A DNA stretch of 63,833 nucleotides, the filler included, from Jimgerdemannia flammicorona (lineage: Eukaryota), in the NCBI GenBank assembly GCA_003990765.1. It is 2 parts of 2 records of this genome, joined end to end, with 100 filler letters (N's around TTAATTAATTAA, not from the genome) between each part and the next. Parts side by side here need not be neighbours in the genome. Positions count along the whole stretch, not along the records: positions 1 to 31,875 come from RBNJ01000376.1; 1 more part is not named here. One strand, given 5' to 3'. Below, piece by piece: positions 12,104-24,131 of this stretch. Each line of letters opens with the position of its first letter. The first letter of the stretch is position 1. The translations under genes were made by a program, and so were the position numbers. Below the pieces are notes generated by a model, which did not search any database, had not been told where the DNA came from, and saw nothing but the letters and a program-made list of their open reading frames with translations.

Positions 12104-13666
12104 TGTCACATAGTAGTCACTGAGTCCTTCAAATATGCCAGATTCTCTTCAAGATGTATCTCTTAGACTAACTCAAGTTTGTTATAAGCAAGTTCTTATT
12201 GGAGTGCCTTCCTAAGGTCTTATAGTTCTCAAACTTCTTATCTTTAAACTGTCTTGTTGTCTCTTAGATTGCTTGTAAGGAAGTATATATATTACACTGA
12301 GAGGAACTAATTTTATTTCAGAGGAAATAAGAGGAGTATTTATACAAAATATAAATTAATGGTTGCCAAGATATAAAGCTAAATATAAATTTCAATAACT
12401 AAAATAAAATGCCAGAATAGGAAAAACTGCTAAGTTCCAGGGTTGGTACTAATGATTATACAGATTCAGAAAGCTGGCATTATTTAGTATTACATCAGAA
12501 TACTGGTGCTGGCATTATTCAGTATAACTATGAGACTTAGAGCAGAATGTTCAGGACTATGGGGACTTCATCATCAGAGGTCAGGATGTCTTCAAAGGAG
12601 ATGAGATCTGCAAATATCTCATCTGTCTCATTGTTATCATCATGTAGGTCATATGTTTTACATACTTTGTGTGCTTTATTATACATCTTGTATACTTTAC
12701 ATACTTCATCGCATGTCTCACATATGTCATGCAGGATGACATCATCACTAATGATGTCATTATGTTCAGCAGTAGAGAAATCAGGAGCTCTCCAATCTAT
12801 GAGGTTCTCTTCCACAAAGTAGGGAACAAATGTGGGGTCTTGGAGAGGTCTAACCTAGATGCTTGGGCCTTGGAATACTGAGATCAATTCTTGCAGGAAT
12901 TGATCTAGGTTGTCCTGAAGAATGGAATGTCAGAAGTCTTCTACTTCATCACTATTAAGGGTGATAGTGGACTGGGTTTCTGTAGCCACCCTGGCTTCTA
13001 GTATATTGATATAGTAGGATGACAGATCTCTGAAATCTGAGACTCTAATATACTCTAAGTTGGGGATTGACCATGGTGCATGCCTGAAGATCTGATGAAT
13101 CTTCTTAGCTATCTTTGTTTTATATATATCTATAGAAGTGGTATCTTGTAGCTCTTGAGGGCTGGCCTGTGGAAACTCCTAGCAGAGGAGATTTCTTATT
13201 TCATATTCTTACTATATTTGGAGACATTCAGTAGCAATAGTGATCCTTGTTTCTATTTCACAGTGGTAGAGGATATAGTGATAGGGGTCACCAGTACCCA
13301 GGTTGATACTAGGAGTCCTTCTTGAGCAGGTCCTCATAGCTCTTCTGATGTCTTGGAATATCCTTTCTTTGACTGAGGTGTCTTGGTGGTTCCTTGACCT
13401 TGAGGTTTGGTGGGTAGTAGGCATTTTGTTTATAGTAAGTCTTTGAGCTATTTTGGGATTAATGGGTCTTATTGATTGCTGTTACTGCAGTTTCTTGATC
13501 CTTCTTTTATATTCCTCAAGATGCTTATACAGTAGTTACAATGACTTATAGTTGATCATTGTTGCTCATCTTGTATGCTATATAATCTTCTTATGCTCTA
13601 ATCTGGTGGCTTGCAAAGAAAGACTATCTTCTGTACTGATGTCATCATTCTTGGATCACCATTACA
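12104..13666 (-). repeat. 5' LTR (~1.56 kb) of the dUTPase Gypsy element
   Basis: TGT...ACA termini (tgtcaca at 12104, attaca ending at 13666), adjacent to the PBS. TATA/AATAAA pair at ~12310-12345. 12502-13666 is repeated at 4074-6396. Confidence 0.85.
12537..13424 (-). pseudogene. LTR-encoded ORF of unknown function (~295 codons, interrupted only by stop codons)
   Basis: ORFs 13212-13424 and 12537-12815 share one frame (starts 609 nt apart). The sequence between them reads through with only TAG/TAA/TGA interruptions. TATAAAAG lies upstream at ~13504-13511. A homologous copy is in the 3' LTR. Confidence 0.65.
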
Positions 13667-14720
13667 AGATATATATAGATATCTTCTCCAGATATTTGAT
13701 ATATATTATTTATATATAGAATATATCTCTATCTTAGTTATTATTAGTTTCAGTAATATTTGTATTATATTATTCTTTATTATTTTCTCAATTCTTCTTG
13801 CTACTCTCATATTATCATCATTGGCCTTTATACTTATTTTCATTATTTTCCATATTCTTATATGTAATAGTAATTATTTTATATATATCTATATTTACTA
13901 TAGTAAGATAGTTTTTATTCAGATTTTTAATTTTATAAATACTTCTTACCTCATCTATATGATCTATAGAATACTTTTTCATTATTATCAACACTATTTT
14001 CTTGATACATCTCCTTGTTTATGAGGCTCATTATTATGTGGACATAGTTTGCAAGTTTTTATAGTACTACTATAATATTGTATATCTTCAGAAAACTTCT
14101 TATATAATAGCCAGGGTCTTATCTTTGTTATCTATATACTCTGCTGTCATACTTAAGAAATTTACTTGATTTACTAGATCATCAATATAATTAATATATT
14201 TATAAATACTCTTCTTGGACTTTATTTTAAATTAAATAGTTGAGATTTTAGATAAAACTAATTTAATATAAATGCTTATATATGATAATTATATAGAGTC
14301 TCCCAACTTCATAAGTGATCATTGTATATATTATATACTTCATTTGCAAATTTAACAATATGAATATAATCTTATATAATACTTAGCAATTATTTATAGT
14401 ATTGTAATTTTAAATATCTATAGTTTTATATACTCTACTAAGCTATATTCTTCTAGGAGATTACTTATATAGAATTATCCAAATGGCATGATTCTTGCTG
14501 TCAAAGATTGGGATTAACCTCTTGGCTGTGTTTATACTTGCCACAGAGACTGTGACTATTATCATATCCATTTCAGAAGTACTTACACCTGTTATATTTA
14601 GTATACTCATACTGGCTCCTTGATTTGTCTCTTGTGACATCTTGGTATAGAGTGGTGTATAGTCTTAGAGAGGTGTTTATTAGCTGCTAACTGGGACTCA
14701 TAACATTTGTTGTATCTTAG
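13667..14720. mobile_element. Very AT-rich degenerate repeat remnant, family unresolved
   Basis: Extreme TpA enrichment and CpG loss. Residual 'CKLCPH' on the minus strand at ~14040-14055. Confidence 0.3.
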
Positions 14721-15256
14721 TTGAGAATATGGAGTGGGGAGAAGAGGGGCGAGTTGTTTATGATTGCTTGCATTTTTACACATCGAGTGACGTAGCTCAA
14801 AGATGACGTATTACATATAAGCCACATTATCGAGATGTAATGAGAATTTCAAAGTTTAAAGTTGCACGGTAATGGGGTCCGAAGTTCGCTGATTGGAGAG
14901 CAGATCGTTATCGTCTTGGCACACCAGTGCTCTTAAAGCCCCCAAAAAAGGTATCGTCTAAACTGGTAGAAATGTACATGGAGCAGTAAACAAATATGCA
15001 CCGCGCCGATTTGTCCTATGCAAAACAACGAACATCGATCGCAAAATCTAATCAAAATCTGAATAGAGAGTATCAGGACTTTATCGAAAAATTTGCGGAA
15101 AAGGCTATAGAGAATGGGATTATCCGAAATGTGCATAGTTACATATATTTTCAATAATACAATCATTTTTCAATAATACAATCATTTTTCAATCCTACGA
15201 TCAACAAACCTCACGCGTTTGGCCGTGAGCATAGATGTCGCCATATAGTTTGAATC

Positions 15257-18200
15257 CTAGACGAGTTCGATATCTGTCCGTCTGGGGCTTCTCCCGGCCT
15301 TCATGAAACCAAGACATCCACAGAATCCACGGGATTTCTTATGATCTTCATGATTGCCTTGCACTACCACCTCATACTTCTTTGAAATCTGCAAGAATAC
15401 CTGCTCCATTCTCGTTTGGCTCACGCTGTAATCCAATACGCCCAAGTCAGCCTTGTTGGCTTCCACGAGTTCAAACATAGTCGCCGGACTAAGTTCTTCT
15501 TCGACAGGCACCTCGAACTTCACGTGTCCCCCATACTGCTCCAGCAACCTCGCCGCCTCGTTGCTCTCGACGTTCACCTCTAGCTGGTACCCAGCGCCGA
15601 ATTTTGCCGTGAGCAGCTGCGGGCTGCCCAGCGCTCTCAGTTTGCCGTCTACCATGATTCCCACGCGGCTGCACACGGCATCCACCTATGACTTGTCAGG
15701 ATTATGGCTTTTGTCGGCTGTAAGGCCGCTAAGATTGACCGGGTGAAGCGCTTGGCCGCTGCGTCCATGCCGGTTGAAACTTCGTCAATAAGGAGGACGG
15801 GAGGGTTGCCGAGCGTTAGCGAGAGAGACTTTGCGCTGTGAGAACCGATGGCAAGAATATCAGCTTTAGATATTTCGGAATAAAATAGCTAACCGAGTAG
15901 ATAAAAGCCAAGGTCAGGTTCATATGCATACCTTATTGCCACCCGAAAGCCTCTTCGCCAATTTGTTCTGGTGATCTTGCAATCCAAGTTTGCTGATCAA
16001 CCAGTTCACATCGTGGTCCCTTTCGCACGCCGCGCAGCCGAGCAAATAATCTCAACTGCCGTCGGACCGTCAAGCCCACAACGATGCAGTCGAATTGAGG
16101 CACGACACCAATGGAGTTTCGGATGCTCGCCAATGAATCATACACCGAATGCCCAGCCACTTGGATTTGGCCGGACGTCAGGGCAATGTCGCCGGCGATG
16201 ATACTAAAGGTGGTTGTTTTACCTACAAGTGGAGTCATAAGGTTGATTAAGCGCACTTTTATTATACATTACTTCAACTGAATTGAAGACATTATGACTT
16301 AAACAACCTTACCTGCTCCGTTCATTCCGATCAATCCGAAGCACTCGTCGCGCTCTACCCCAAAAGATGTATCCTGGACAGCAACCTTGTTGGGGAAGAT
16401 GAGACATCAAGATGTCTTTTTCGAGTGAGGATCTGAAATCTCCCAAACGATCGATGCGCGCCTGCTCCGCCAAAACATCAGAGTCAGTGGGATTTTGGGG
16501 TCCTCCTGTTCAACGTTCGCTCCAACATTTCGTTCGCGCCTTCCCACAAACAGGTTCCTGATACTGGACCACTCTTCCAGCAACACGGCCAATAGGAACA
16601 GTCCCTCTATATGCCCGGAGAAAGACCACAACGACCATCCCAGCATGTACGGGTCCAGCATCCTCTGCGCAGCAACGACGGAGTCAAACGTAGGGTTCGA
16701 TTCGCATTGCGCACCGAGGATATTGACTCCCACGTAGAAGGAGTGCAAAAACCCAACCATTGGAGATAACCATCCCATGACCAGGAAGACAGTGTCGCCG
16801 GAGTGCGGCTGAGTCGGGTTGGAAGTAACCTGGAGCTGGATGTAGGTGGGTAAGAAGGCGATGAACCATGCCAACGCATAGCCGACTGCGATGTTGAACG
16901 CCTCACCGACGGTCTTGACTCGACACACTGAAACGACATAAGCGATTATTGTCGCCACGCAGCCGTATGAGAACCGAACCGTGAAGGTCAGGTGAAGAGG
17001 TAGAGCCACAAATGGCCAACATGCAGGTTAATCATCAAGGCGTCTATGATGAACATATCACCACCACGGTGATCACGTCGTAGAGGAAATTGTCCAGCTG
17101 GTACGTCAACCCGTTGGCGTCGCTGACTCTTTGCAACCGCTTGCCACCGCTAATATTCTCGCGCGTCGAGAAGGCAGGGTGGATAAGGTATCCAAGTGCG
17201 GAAATCAAGACGAGAGGACCAAGTTGTTGCATTTGCTGGCCCATGGCGTCACGGAACTGGCGCATGGGCTTAATCGAAAATTTCCCCCATTTTATTTCTC
17301 TTATTACAATCACACTTAATATGATTCCCTCCCCAAGTCTGAACACAACCTACAACCACAGTTAATGTGATTCCCTCCATTCATTCTCCCAAGTCTGAAC
17401 ACAACCTTTTTTGCACAGATCGATACGAAGCTCCGGAGCAAGCCCTCCCTTCAGCTGGCCATCTTCTCTTGAATCTCGCGGAGCTGGGCGTACAAGTTGC
17501 GACAGGACTGAGCGCAGCTCTGGCAGTGCTTATTCTGATGCTGTTTGCCCGGAAGATGTGACGAGAGAGAATATCAGTGATGAGCGAACCAGAGTAATGA
17601 AAAAGAAACTCGAACGAATTGGAAACGAAAACAAAGCAGGAGGGAACTTTATGCATAACAATTTACCTTTTCACTGCGGAATGCGGGTGAGGGAGTGAAG
17701 GGATGGGGGCCCATAGTTAGGATAGGGATTCGAGGTACATAGGACGAAAAAGGAAACGCGACACCATCGATCGGCAAAAGCAAAACGGGCGTCATACCAC
17801 ATCTCAGCGCACTTTTCTGCAGTCTCGATCGTGATGGGCGTCACCTTGGCGAGCACGTCCATGTTTTGCAGGGCCATAATGCGGGCGGTGGTGTCGCAGA
17901 GTTCTGCGCGAGTGGCGAAAGCGAGTTGGTTAGGAGGCGTGCAAAGCCGATTGGGACCAATGCTCTGGGATTAACGAAGAGCGTCAACTCTACCGGCGTT
18001 GACACGACAGTGTTGGGTGCAATCGAGGCCCTCGCGCGAAGATTTTTCGGCGCAGTGCTAAAGGTGGTTCGGGAGATGAAAGATTGATGTAAGTAAAAAC
18101 GAAGTGCGTTTGAATCGAAACCTCAATGTGTTCGCAAATGTCATACCAAGCAGTCGGCCATGGTGCTCACGCTACCAGATTTCGTTCGGTTATCGTAAGG

Positions 18201-19302
18201 ATTTTTCCAGGTCGGGGATGCAAGCATGTATATATGTATGAGTGACTACGACACGACTGAAAGCTCCTCTGGAAGCGATTCACAGAATTCGGATCCCGTA
18301 CCAGGCCTTTATGTACTTGGCGTAGTCTTCCACCTGAGTGCTCATCGTTGGTTTGGTGAAGTGAGTTGGTTTTGTGGAGTTGGTTTGGTGAAATGAGTTG
18401 GTTTGGTGAAATTAGTTGATTTGGTGGAGTTGGTTTGGTGAAGTGAGTTGATTTGGTGAGTAGAGATGGAACTTTTATATACTGTCCCGTATCAAACGCC
18501 CGATGGGCTGGCAATGACATCATGATGTGGGTCGAATTTCATTTGCCGCGCGTTTGATGGTAAGAATGAGACCTGACGTCCGATGTACGGCACGGAATGA
18601 GATCTGACGTCCGATGTACGCCACGCAATCAATGATGGAGATTGAATACCTCGTAAGGTGTAGCCAGCCGCACATACTGCCGCAACAGGAAAAACTGCGC
18701 GCGGATGCTCTACACCGAGTGTTTGTCTTGAGCCTTCCGGGCACCACAATTGTGCTAATTATGGCTTTATCGAGTGCCCACTACGGCGACAACGCTCCCG
18801 ACGTCTGCACGGTTGCGTTGTTTCCCAGGCCAATATCGACAGCAAACCCGTGCGCAGCGTGTACGCCAACCTTGGCGCCATCATGTTCTCGAGTACGAGA
18901 CCCATCCAGCAGGGTGACCATTTTAAGGCGCCGCACGCCGTCTCCATCTCATCCACGGTCGCATAGCGCCGGATGAAGCTCGAGTCGATGCCCAGGAGGG
19001 AAACAATAGTCCTGGTTAACTGTAGAGTGGAGGTTTTGTCGACCCATGCGAATTGAAGGGTCGTGTCCTTGGGCGAGGTGAGAAGCTTGGTCCAGTTGGT
19101 CGGGAGAGGGGTGGCGGTACCGAGACCAAATTGGCTCATGGACCCGCCGAGGGCAGAGATGTTGAAGCTTGGGGCGATAATGGCTGGAACGAAGATGGCG
19201 AGGAGAAGGCCGACAATAAGAGATTGGCGGAAAATGGAGCATGTTATTGTACCAGAGCAGGGTGGTCTGGCGACATACATAGGTACGCAGAAAATCAGTC
19301 AT
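15257..19302 (-). pseudogene. ABC transporter subfamily A (ABCA), frameshifted and apparently internally deleted
   Basis: N-terminus 'RQTTLLWYNNMLHF'. 'RENISGGKRLQRVS' and TM segments at 16407-17346. Walker A 'GMNGAG|KTT' is split by an intron (~16223-16312). Signature 'LSGGNK' (~15935-15950), Walker B 'VLLIDEVSTGMD' (~15765-15800), C-terminus 'DYSVSQTRMEQVF'. Only one NBD seen. Confidence 0.85.
18345..18460 (+). repeat. ~18 bp minisatellite (GAGTTGGTTTGGTGAART-like)
   Basis: About six imperfect tandem units. They translate as 'PNQLIS' repeats on the minus strand. Confidence 0.75.
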
Positions 19303-19329
19303 GGTCGAGCGAGTGTTGGAAAATCAATT

Positions 19330-19926
19330 GGCTTTGGTTATCTATTACTGCTTCCCCTGCAATAAATTTGGCAATCATGAGCCCGGTTCGAACGAGGAGA
19401 TCAAGACTTTTGTCGCGAAATACAATACAAAGTTCCAAATGATGGACAAGATCGACGTTGACGGCTCCAACGAACACCCGCTCTACACGTATCTTAAGAG
19501 CCAACTGCGCGGCACGCTGATCGACGCGATCAGATGGAACTTCACCAAGGTGCCCGTTTAAATTTGCTCGACGCCTTTGCTGGGCTTAGTTAGACGATCG
19601 GAAGGTATGAGGAACGAGCTAGTAGGAAATGACTTGTGAGAGAATGGGCCAGTGGGAATTGGGGGAGGAGAGAAGGAGACGTGATCGTCAGAAGGCTTTT
19701 CACTCATATGACTTCCTCCCTACCATAGTTCATCGTCGATCGCAACGGCATCCCGATCCAGCGCTTCGGCCCCAAGGACGAGCCCAACAATATGGTTCTT
19801 CTCGAACGCCTGCTGGATGGCGAGCACGTCAACCAGGTGTTGGATGGGGCCGAGCCGCCCAAACCCGCCGCGTATGGAAGGCGCGCGTTGGCCCCTCTTT
19901 CAACAAAGAAAGAGCTTCAAAACTGA
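19330..19926 (+). pseudogene. Glutathione peroxidase, 3' portion only (two exons)
   Basis: Exon '[17 protein letters not shown]...[17 protein letters not shown]...IRWNFTK', then a GT(19550)-AG(19728) intron, then 'FIVDRNGIPIQRFGP'. The N-terminal catalytic 'NVASxCG' region is absent. Confidence 0.85.
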
Positions 19927-20349
19927 TTGCGACTTCTCCCATCCCTTAAATGACGCCTTGCCGCACAAAATCGTACGCGATTGTGGCCTGTCTGAGCTTT
20001 GTCCCCGTTCTTTTTACCTGTGTGGCATGACTGATAGTGCTGCGTGGGGGGCGAGGCGACCGTGGGTGGGATTGGGGTCGTGGGGTGTTTGGAGCTTTTC
20101 TTTGCGTTGTGAGAGCATTTACTTTTCTTTCTTTACGTCGATCGTAATGAATAATTTATTGGGGTATATTGTGCAAGATTCCGAGGCTAATAAAAAGCTG
20201 TGAGAAAGATATTGACTCCATTCGCCATCATTCCACATCGCCACATAGCATCAATAGAGTAAATGAAATCAGCCAATTGCGCATTTATACCCCAGTGAAC
20301 GTAATACTCCCCTCCATTAACCACTGTCATAACATCACACACTGCCAAA

Positions 20350-21290
20350 ATGCCTCACACCTCCGCCTCGGGCCCCATCAAACTCTCGCAAGACATTGCA
20401 AACTCGTCAACAACCCCGACGGCAGCGATGTTCATTTTTTGGTTGGCGGAGCTGGCACCGAGAAGGATGGCGCAACAATGCCAAACCGGTTACGATGTAT
20501 GGCCATTCGCTGATCCTTTGCTATCGTTCAAAGTACTTTGATACACTGTTCGGCAACGACTGGAAGTAGCAGTCCAGCGGCATTGTTCTCAAGCCAAACA
20601 TCTCGCGCGTCACGTTCCACGCTCTCCTGCACTATATCTACACTGGTAGCGTCGAGGTTAGCGATAAGATAATCCTTCTCGATCTGATTGCTGCCGCAGA
20701 AGAGATGGGGCTCGACGAATTGAGTACTGAATGTCAGGCTGACGTGATGGAGGTGCTGAATAAGGTTGTCTCAAAAGAATGCAATGATGATGACAAGACC
20801 GCGAGCAAGACCGAAAACAGAATACCGGAGCGCTTTCCCTTCAACCTCGCAGTCCGTACATTTCTCATCCCTGGATTAATCCTCGCGCATCAACACACTC
20901 TCTCTGAATTCTTCCAAGAACTTCTGGACTTCACTCTTGTCCATATGGAGACCATCCTCGAATCCACTGTCACGCTCGCCACGTTCCTTAACGACATTCC
21001 TCCCGCTTTTCAAGCAGATCCTCACCTCAGACTCGCTCCCCTTAGCCGAATTTGACGTCTGGGATTTGGCTTTGAGCTGGGCGTGTCATCAAACCAAGGT
21101 CTTGAAACCCATGGTCGAATCACAGCTAAAAATGAACATTGCCATCGAAAATGATGGAGATATACACATGGAGACGGTGTCCAGCAACGTGGGGTGCTGG
21201 AGAAATTGACCAGCCGCTCATTTCAGCTCAGCAGCTCGTCTCACTAAGGGTCACTATTAAACCACTGACGCCGGCGATCCGCGCCTCTAC
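20350..21290 (+). pseudogene. BTB/POZ (+BACK-like) domain protein, frameshifted
   Basis: Read across frameshifts: 'LSQDIA.LVNNPDGSDVHFLVG...YGHSLILCYRSKYFDTLF...TFHALLHYIYTGSV...LIAAAEEMGLDEL' and 'EFDVWDLALSWA'. Confidence 0.8.
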
Positions 21291-21620
21291 AACCGCGCGC
21301 CTTGCTTTTTCACCTACTCATCTTGCTTCTTCAAGACTGTCTTTCCTCCAACCGCGCGCCTTGCTTTTTCACGTATATACACATCTTGCGTCTTCAAAAC
21401 TGTCTTGCCTCAACAACTCCTCTTCAACCGCGTCTTACCTCTTCAACCGTGCTTCTTGCCTCCTTAACCGCGCATCTTGCCACGTCAAGACCATCTTGCC
21501 TCGTCAACTGCTCTCCAACCGCGTCTTGCCTTTTCAACCACGCGCCCGGCCCCATCAAGACCGCCTTGTCTCTTCAAGACCGTCTTGCCTCCTCAAGACC
21601 GTCTTTCCTCCAACCGCATC
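21285..21620 (+). repeat. Degenerate tandem array (TCTTGCCTCCTCAACCGCG / TCAAGACCGTCTT units)
   Basis: Repeated ~19-20 bp units are visible in the sequence. Confidence 0.6.
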
Positions 21621-23966
21621 ACCTCCCAACCATTACTACCACCCAAGTATGCCCTCTTTGCCTGCCATTTGCAGCTTTTGCATCTCCACATTTTGACTTC
21701 TCTTTTTTTGCTTTTATCCATCGGCCTGTAAATTCAGTGCTTTCAAAGAAATACATTGGTAAGTTGAATGATCAGTACTTACGACTTACGAATATTGAGT
21801 TAAACCGTACTTATGACTTATATTGAGTATACTAAAGGTTTCAGCGTATTTCTAGATAAAGCTTCCAGCTCGTACTTCGAAGATACGCATCCATCCGAAT
21901 GGTCTTACCTGGGCTTTTTGGAAGCACTAAAATCCGTCTGAATGTCCCGTGACCGAGCTACATCATCCTCCGAGAATTCTGCACTGCATAAGCGGCCGAG
22001 GAACCAACCAAACGCCCGAAGGAATTGAACGAGTCAGAGTTGCAAACCTATTTATTGCAAAAGGTACGTAATCGCTTGCATCTATACCGAATCAGGTGCT
22101 GTGCAACCTCGGGGGCGTTCCTACAGCAGTCATACAGCCCTGGGGGGTGCCGTTCCCACCCGGGGTGATGGGTGCCGTTCCTAGTATGACATAAGTTCAT
22201 AAACTTTTTTACCTCGGGGGATACCACTCTAACCCCAGGATATCTTTATACATAACATTATGGAATTATGCACTACTCACAATTGACCTCTCTCTTCATG
22301 TTTCCTGTAAGGACGACGCGCCGGCGGTTAAAGACTTCTGGGAATGTATGTATCAATTTAGAGAATACGGTGACGAGAAATCGGGTGCGTAATAGGTTTG
22401 AATCGTCTTGATGGACATCAACCTCAGGCTCCATTGCTCTGTACTAACCTTGGTATATATATATCCCTAGATCGCTGTGAAGCGGAAAACTGAAATTGAT
22501 GTGTTGATTGTTCTCGATGCTGCTCGGACCAAGGAAGCACGTAGCTTGACTGACTGTTTCGAAATCAAAAGAAAATTCATTACGACGATTCGGCTTGTAT
22601 GTGGATGCAGGTATTTTTGCTTTTTACATTAATTGACATACGACAAGGGATTGGGAACTAGACATATATATCATGTCGGATGAATCACATCTAGTTTTTC
22701 TGTAGGAACCAAGTAAGCAAAATTCCTCGACAGGCAAGACCTCTGTCGGGTCATTCTCAGACTCGGATTCGACGACTGAACTTGAGAATCCATTCCTGGA
22801 GTCCAGGTAACTTTCATGTACTTACAACAAAGCATTAAACACCTATATGTGGCACTCATTCCACTGTTATAAGAATTGTTTTGCTGGTGAAAATCACCGT
22901 CTCAGCGAGATTGATGATCTTTACAAGCATGCAGTTGCCCAAGGCGCTCATGAAGAGTAAAGTTTCTGTTTTTTATTTTATGTATTATTATTATGATCTA
23001 GTTGTAAATTATGAGCTTAACTTCACATCATCATTCCTATGCACAGCCCAATTTGGTGGCGGATCGTGGACGTGACCAAGGATTCAAACTTCCACTTTCG
23101 CATGGCATTGTTAAGGAAATCAAGGACGATTTGCAGAACCTGCTAAACCAGCTCCAAATCTCGGAACCAGCATTAACATTATTCGAAGTTCTGTTTGCGG
23201 TAAGTACTATTATTTATTGTAAGATGTTCAGAGAATTTGTCATATCAACTAATGTGAGACGACTTTCGATTCGCTCGCTTTTGCATAGCTTCCTGATGAA
23301 AATCTACAAAAAGCGAGCGAGAAATATAAAGTCATCGGGTCGAAAGGAGTCCTCGATGAGCTCAGCAGGTCCACCGTGAAGCCGAGACACACTGCGAAGG
23401 ATAAGGTGATGGCCCGACTAGAGGGACAAGCTCTGACGACTTCTTCCGCCAGTGAACCGACGGAACCCTTATGCCAGCGTCTATCATCCATCGATCCAGG
23501 CCATGAGGAAATTCGGTGGTTGTTTGACGTACTGCATCAAATGTGAGTTTGATGTTAATCAGGCGCTTTTATTCTCATTGTGAATTGTTCGTTTCCATCA
23601 GTTACACCAATATAAAGCTGGGCATCACCAATCGTCACAATTCCGAAGGAGACATAGATGTCTATTACAACAGCTTGTTGTTCCGCACACTAGCTACAAT
23701 CGTTGATAAGTATTGCTAGATACCTCGTCTATCTTTAAATATATTCAACGTAATAATAATGCTCAACTAACTCCTTATGACACTGCTCTCTGTGTTAGCG
23801 GCGAGGTCTGTAGTCGCGCGTCCCGAGAGAGAAAACAAAGCGCCGTCGATGGTACGAAGACCGATGAAGGTTCAAAAGTGGACTGGATTTTTTGTGTAAG
23901 TACTGTAAAACATCACTGGGGCGCGGCACACATATGGCTAAGCTTCGCTTGGTCTCGGACCGTTTC

Positions 23967-24131
23967 AGAGTTGGTTTCTGCCATCTAGAAAGCAATGGCA
24001 TGCTTTATTTGTCTTAGAAATAGTGGTTTTACATGTAACTGTGAATTCATCTGTCTAAGACATATGTGTGAGACATTTGTGTAAAACATAGTAATAAAAG
24101 TGTCCCTGTTCCCATGGAGTTCCCTTAGCCA
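23967..24131 (+). repeat. DIRS left inverted terminal repeat
   Basis: Reverse complement of 28503-28667 with a few transitions. Confidence 0.92.

Noticed and set aside
731..13671. Shared TSD (agaca/agata) around the whole Gypsy complex
   Set aside because: The left LTR boundary is not resolved, the two LTRs belong to different elements, and a 5 bp match is expected by chance.
13611..14024. 137-aa hydrophobic ORF as a membrane protein
   Set aside because: The Ile/Phe/Tyr richness is a by-product of extreme AT bias in mutated repeat DNA, and the ORF straddles the LTR boundary.
19301..19926. Selenoprotein GPx
   Set aside because: The catalytic codon region is absent and no SECIS could be identified by eye.
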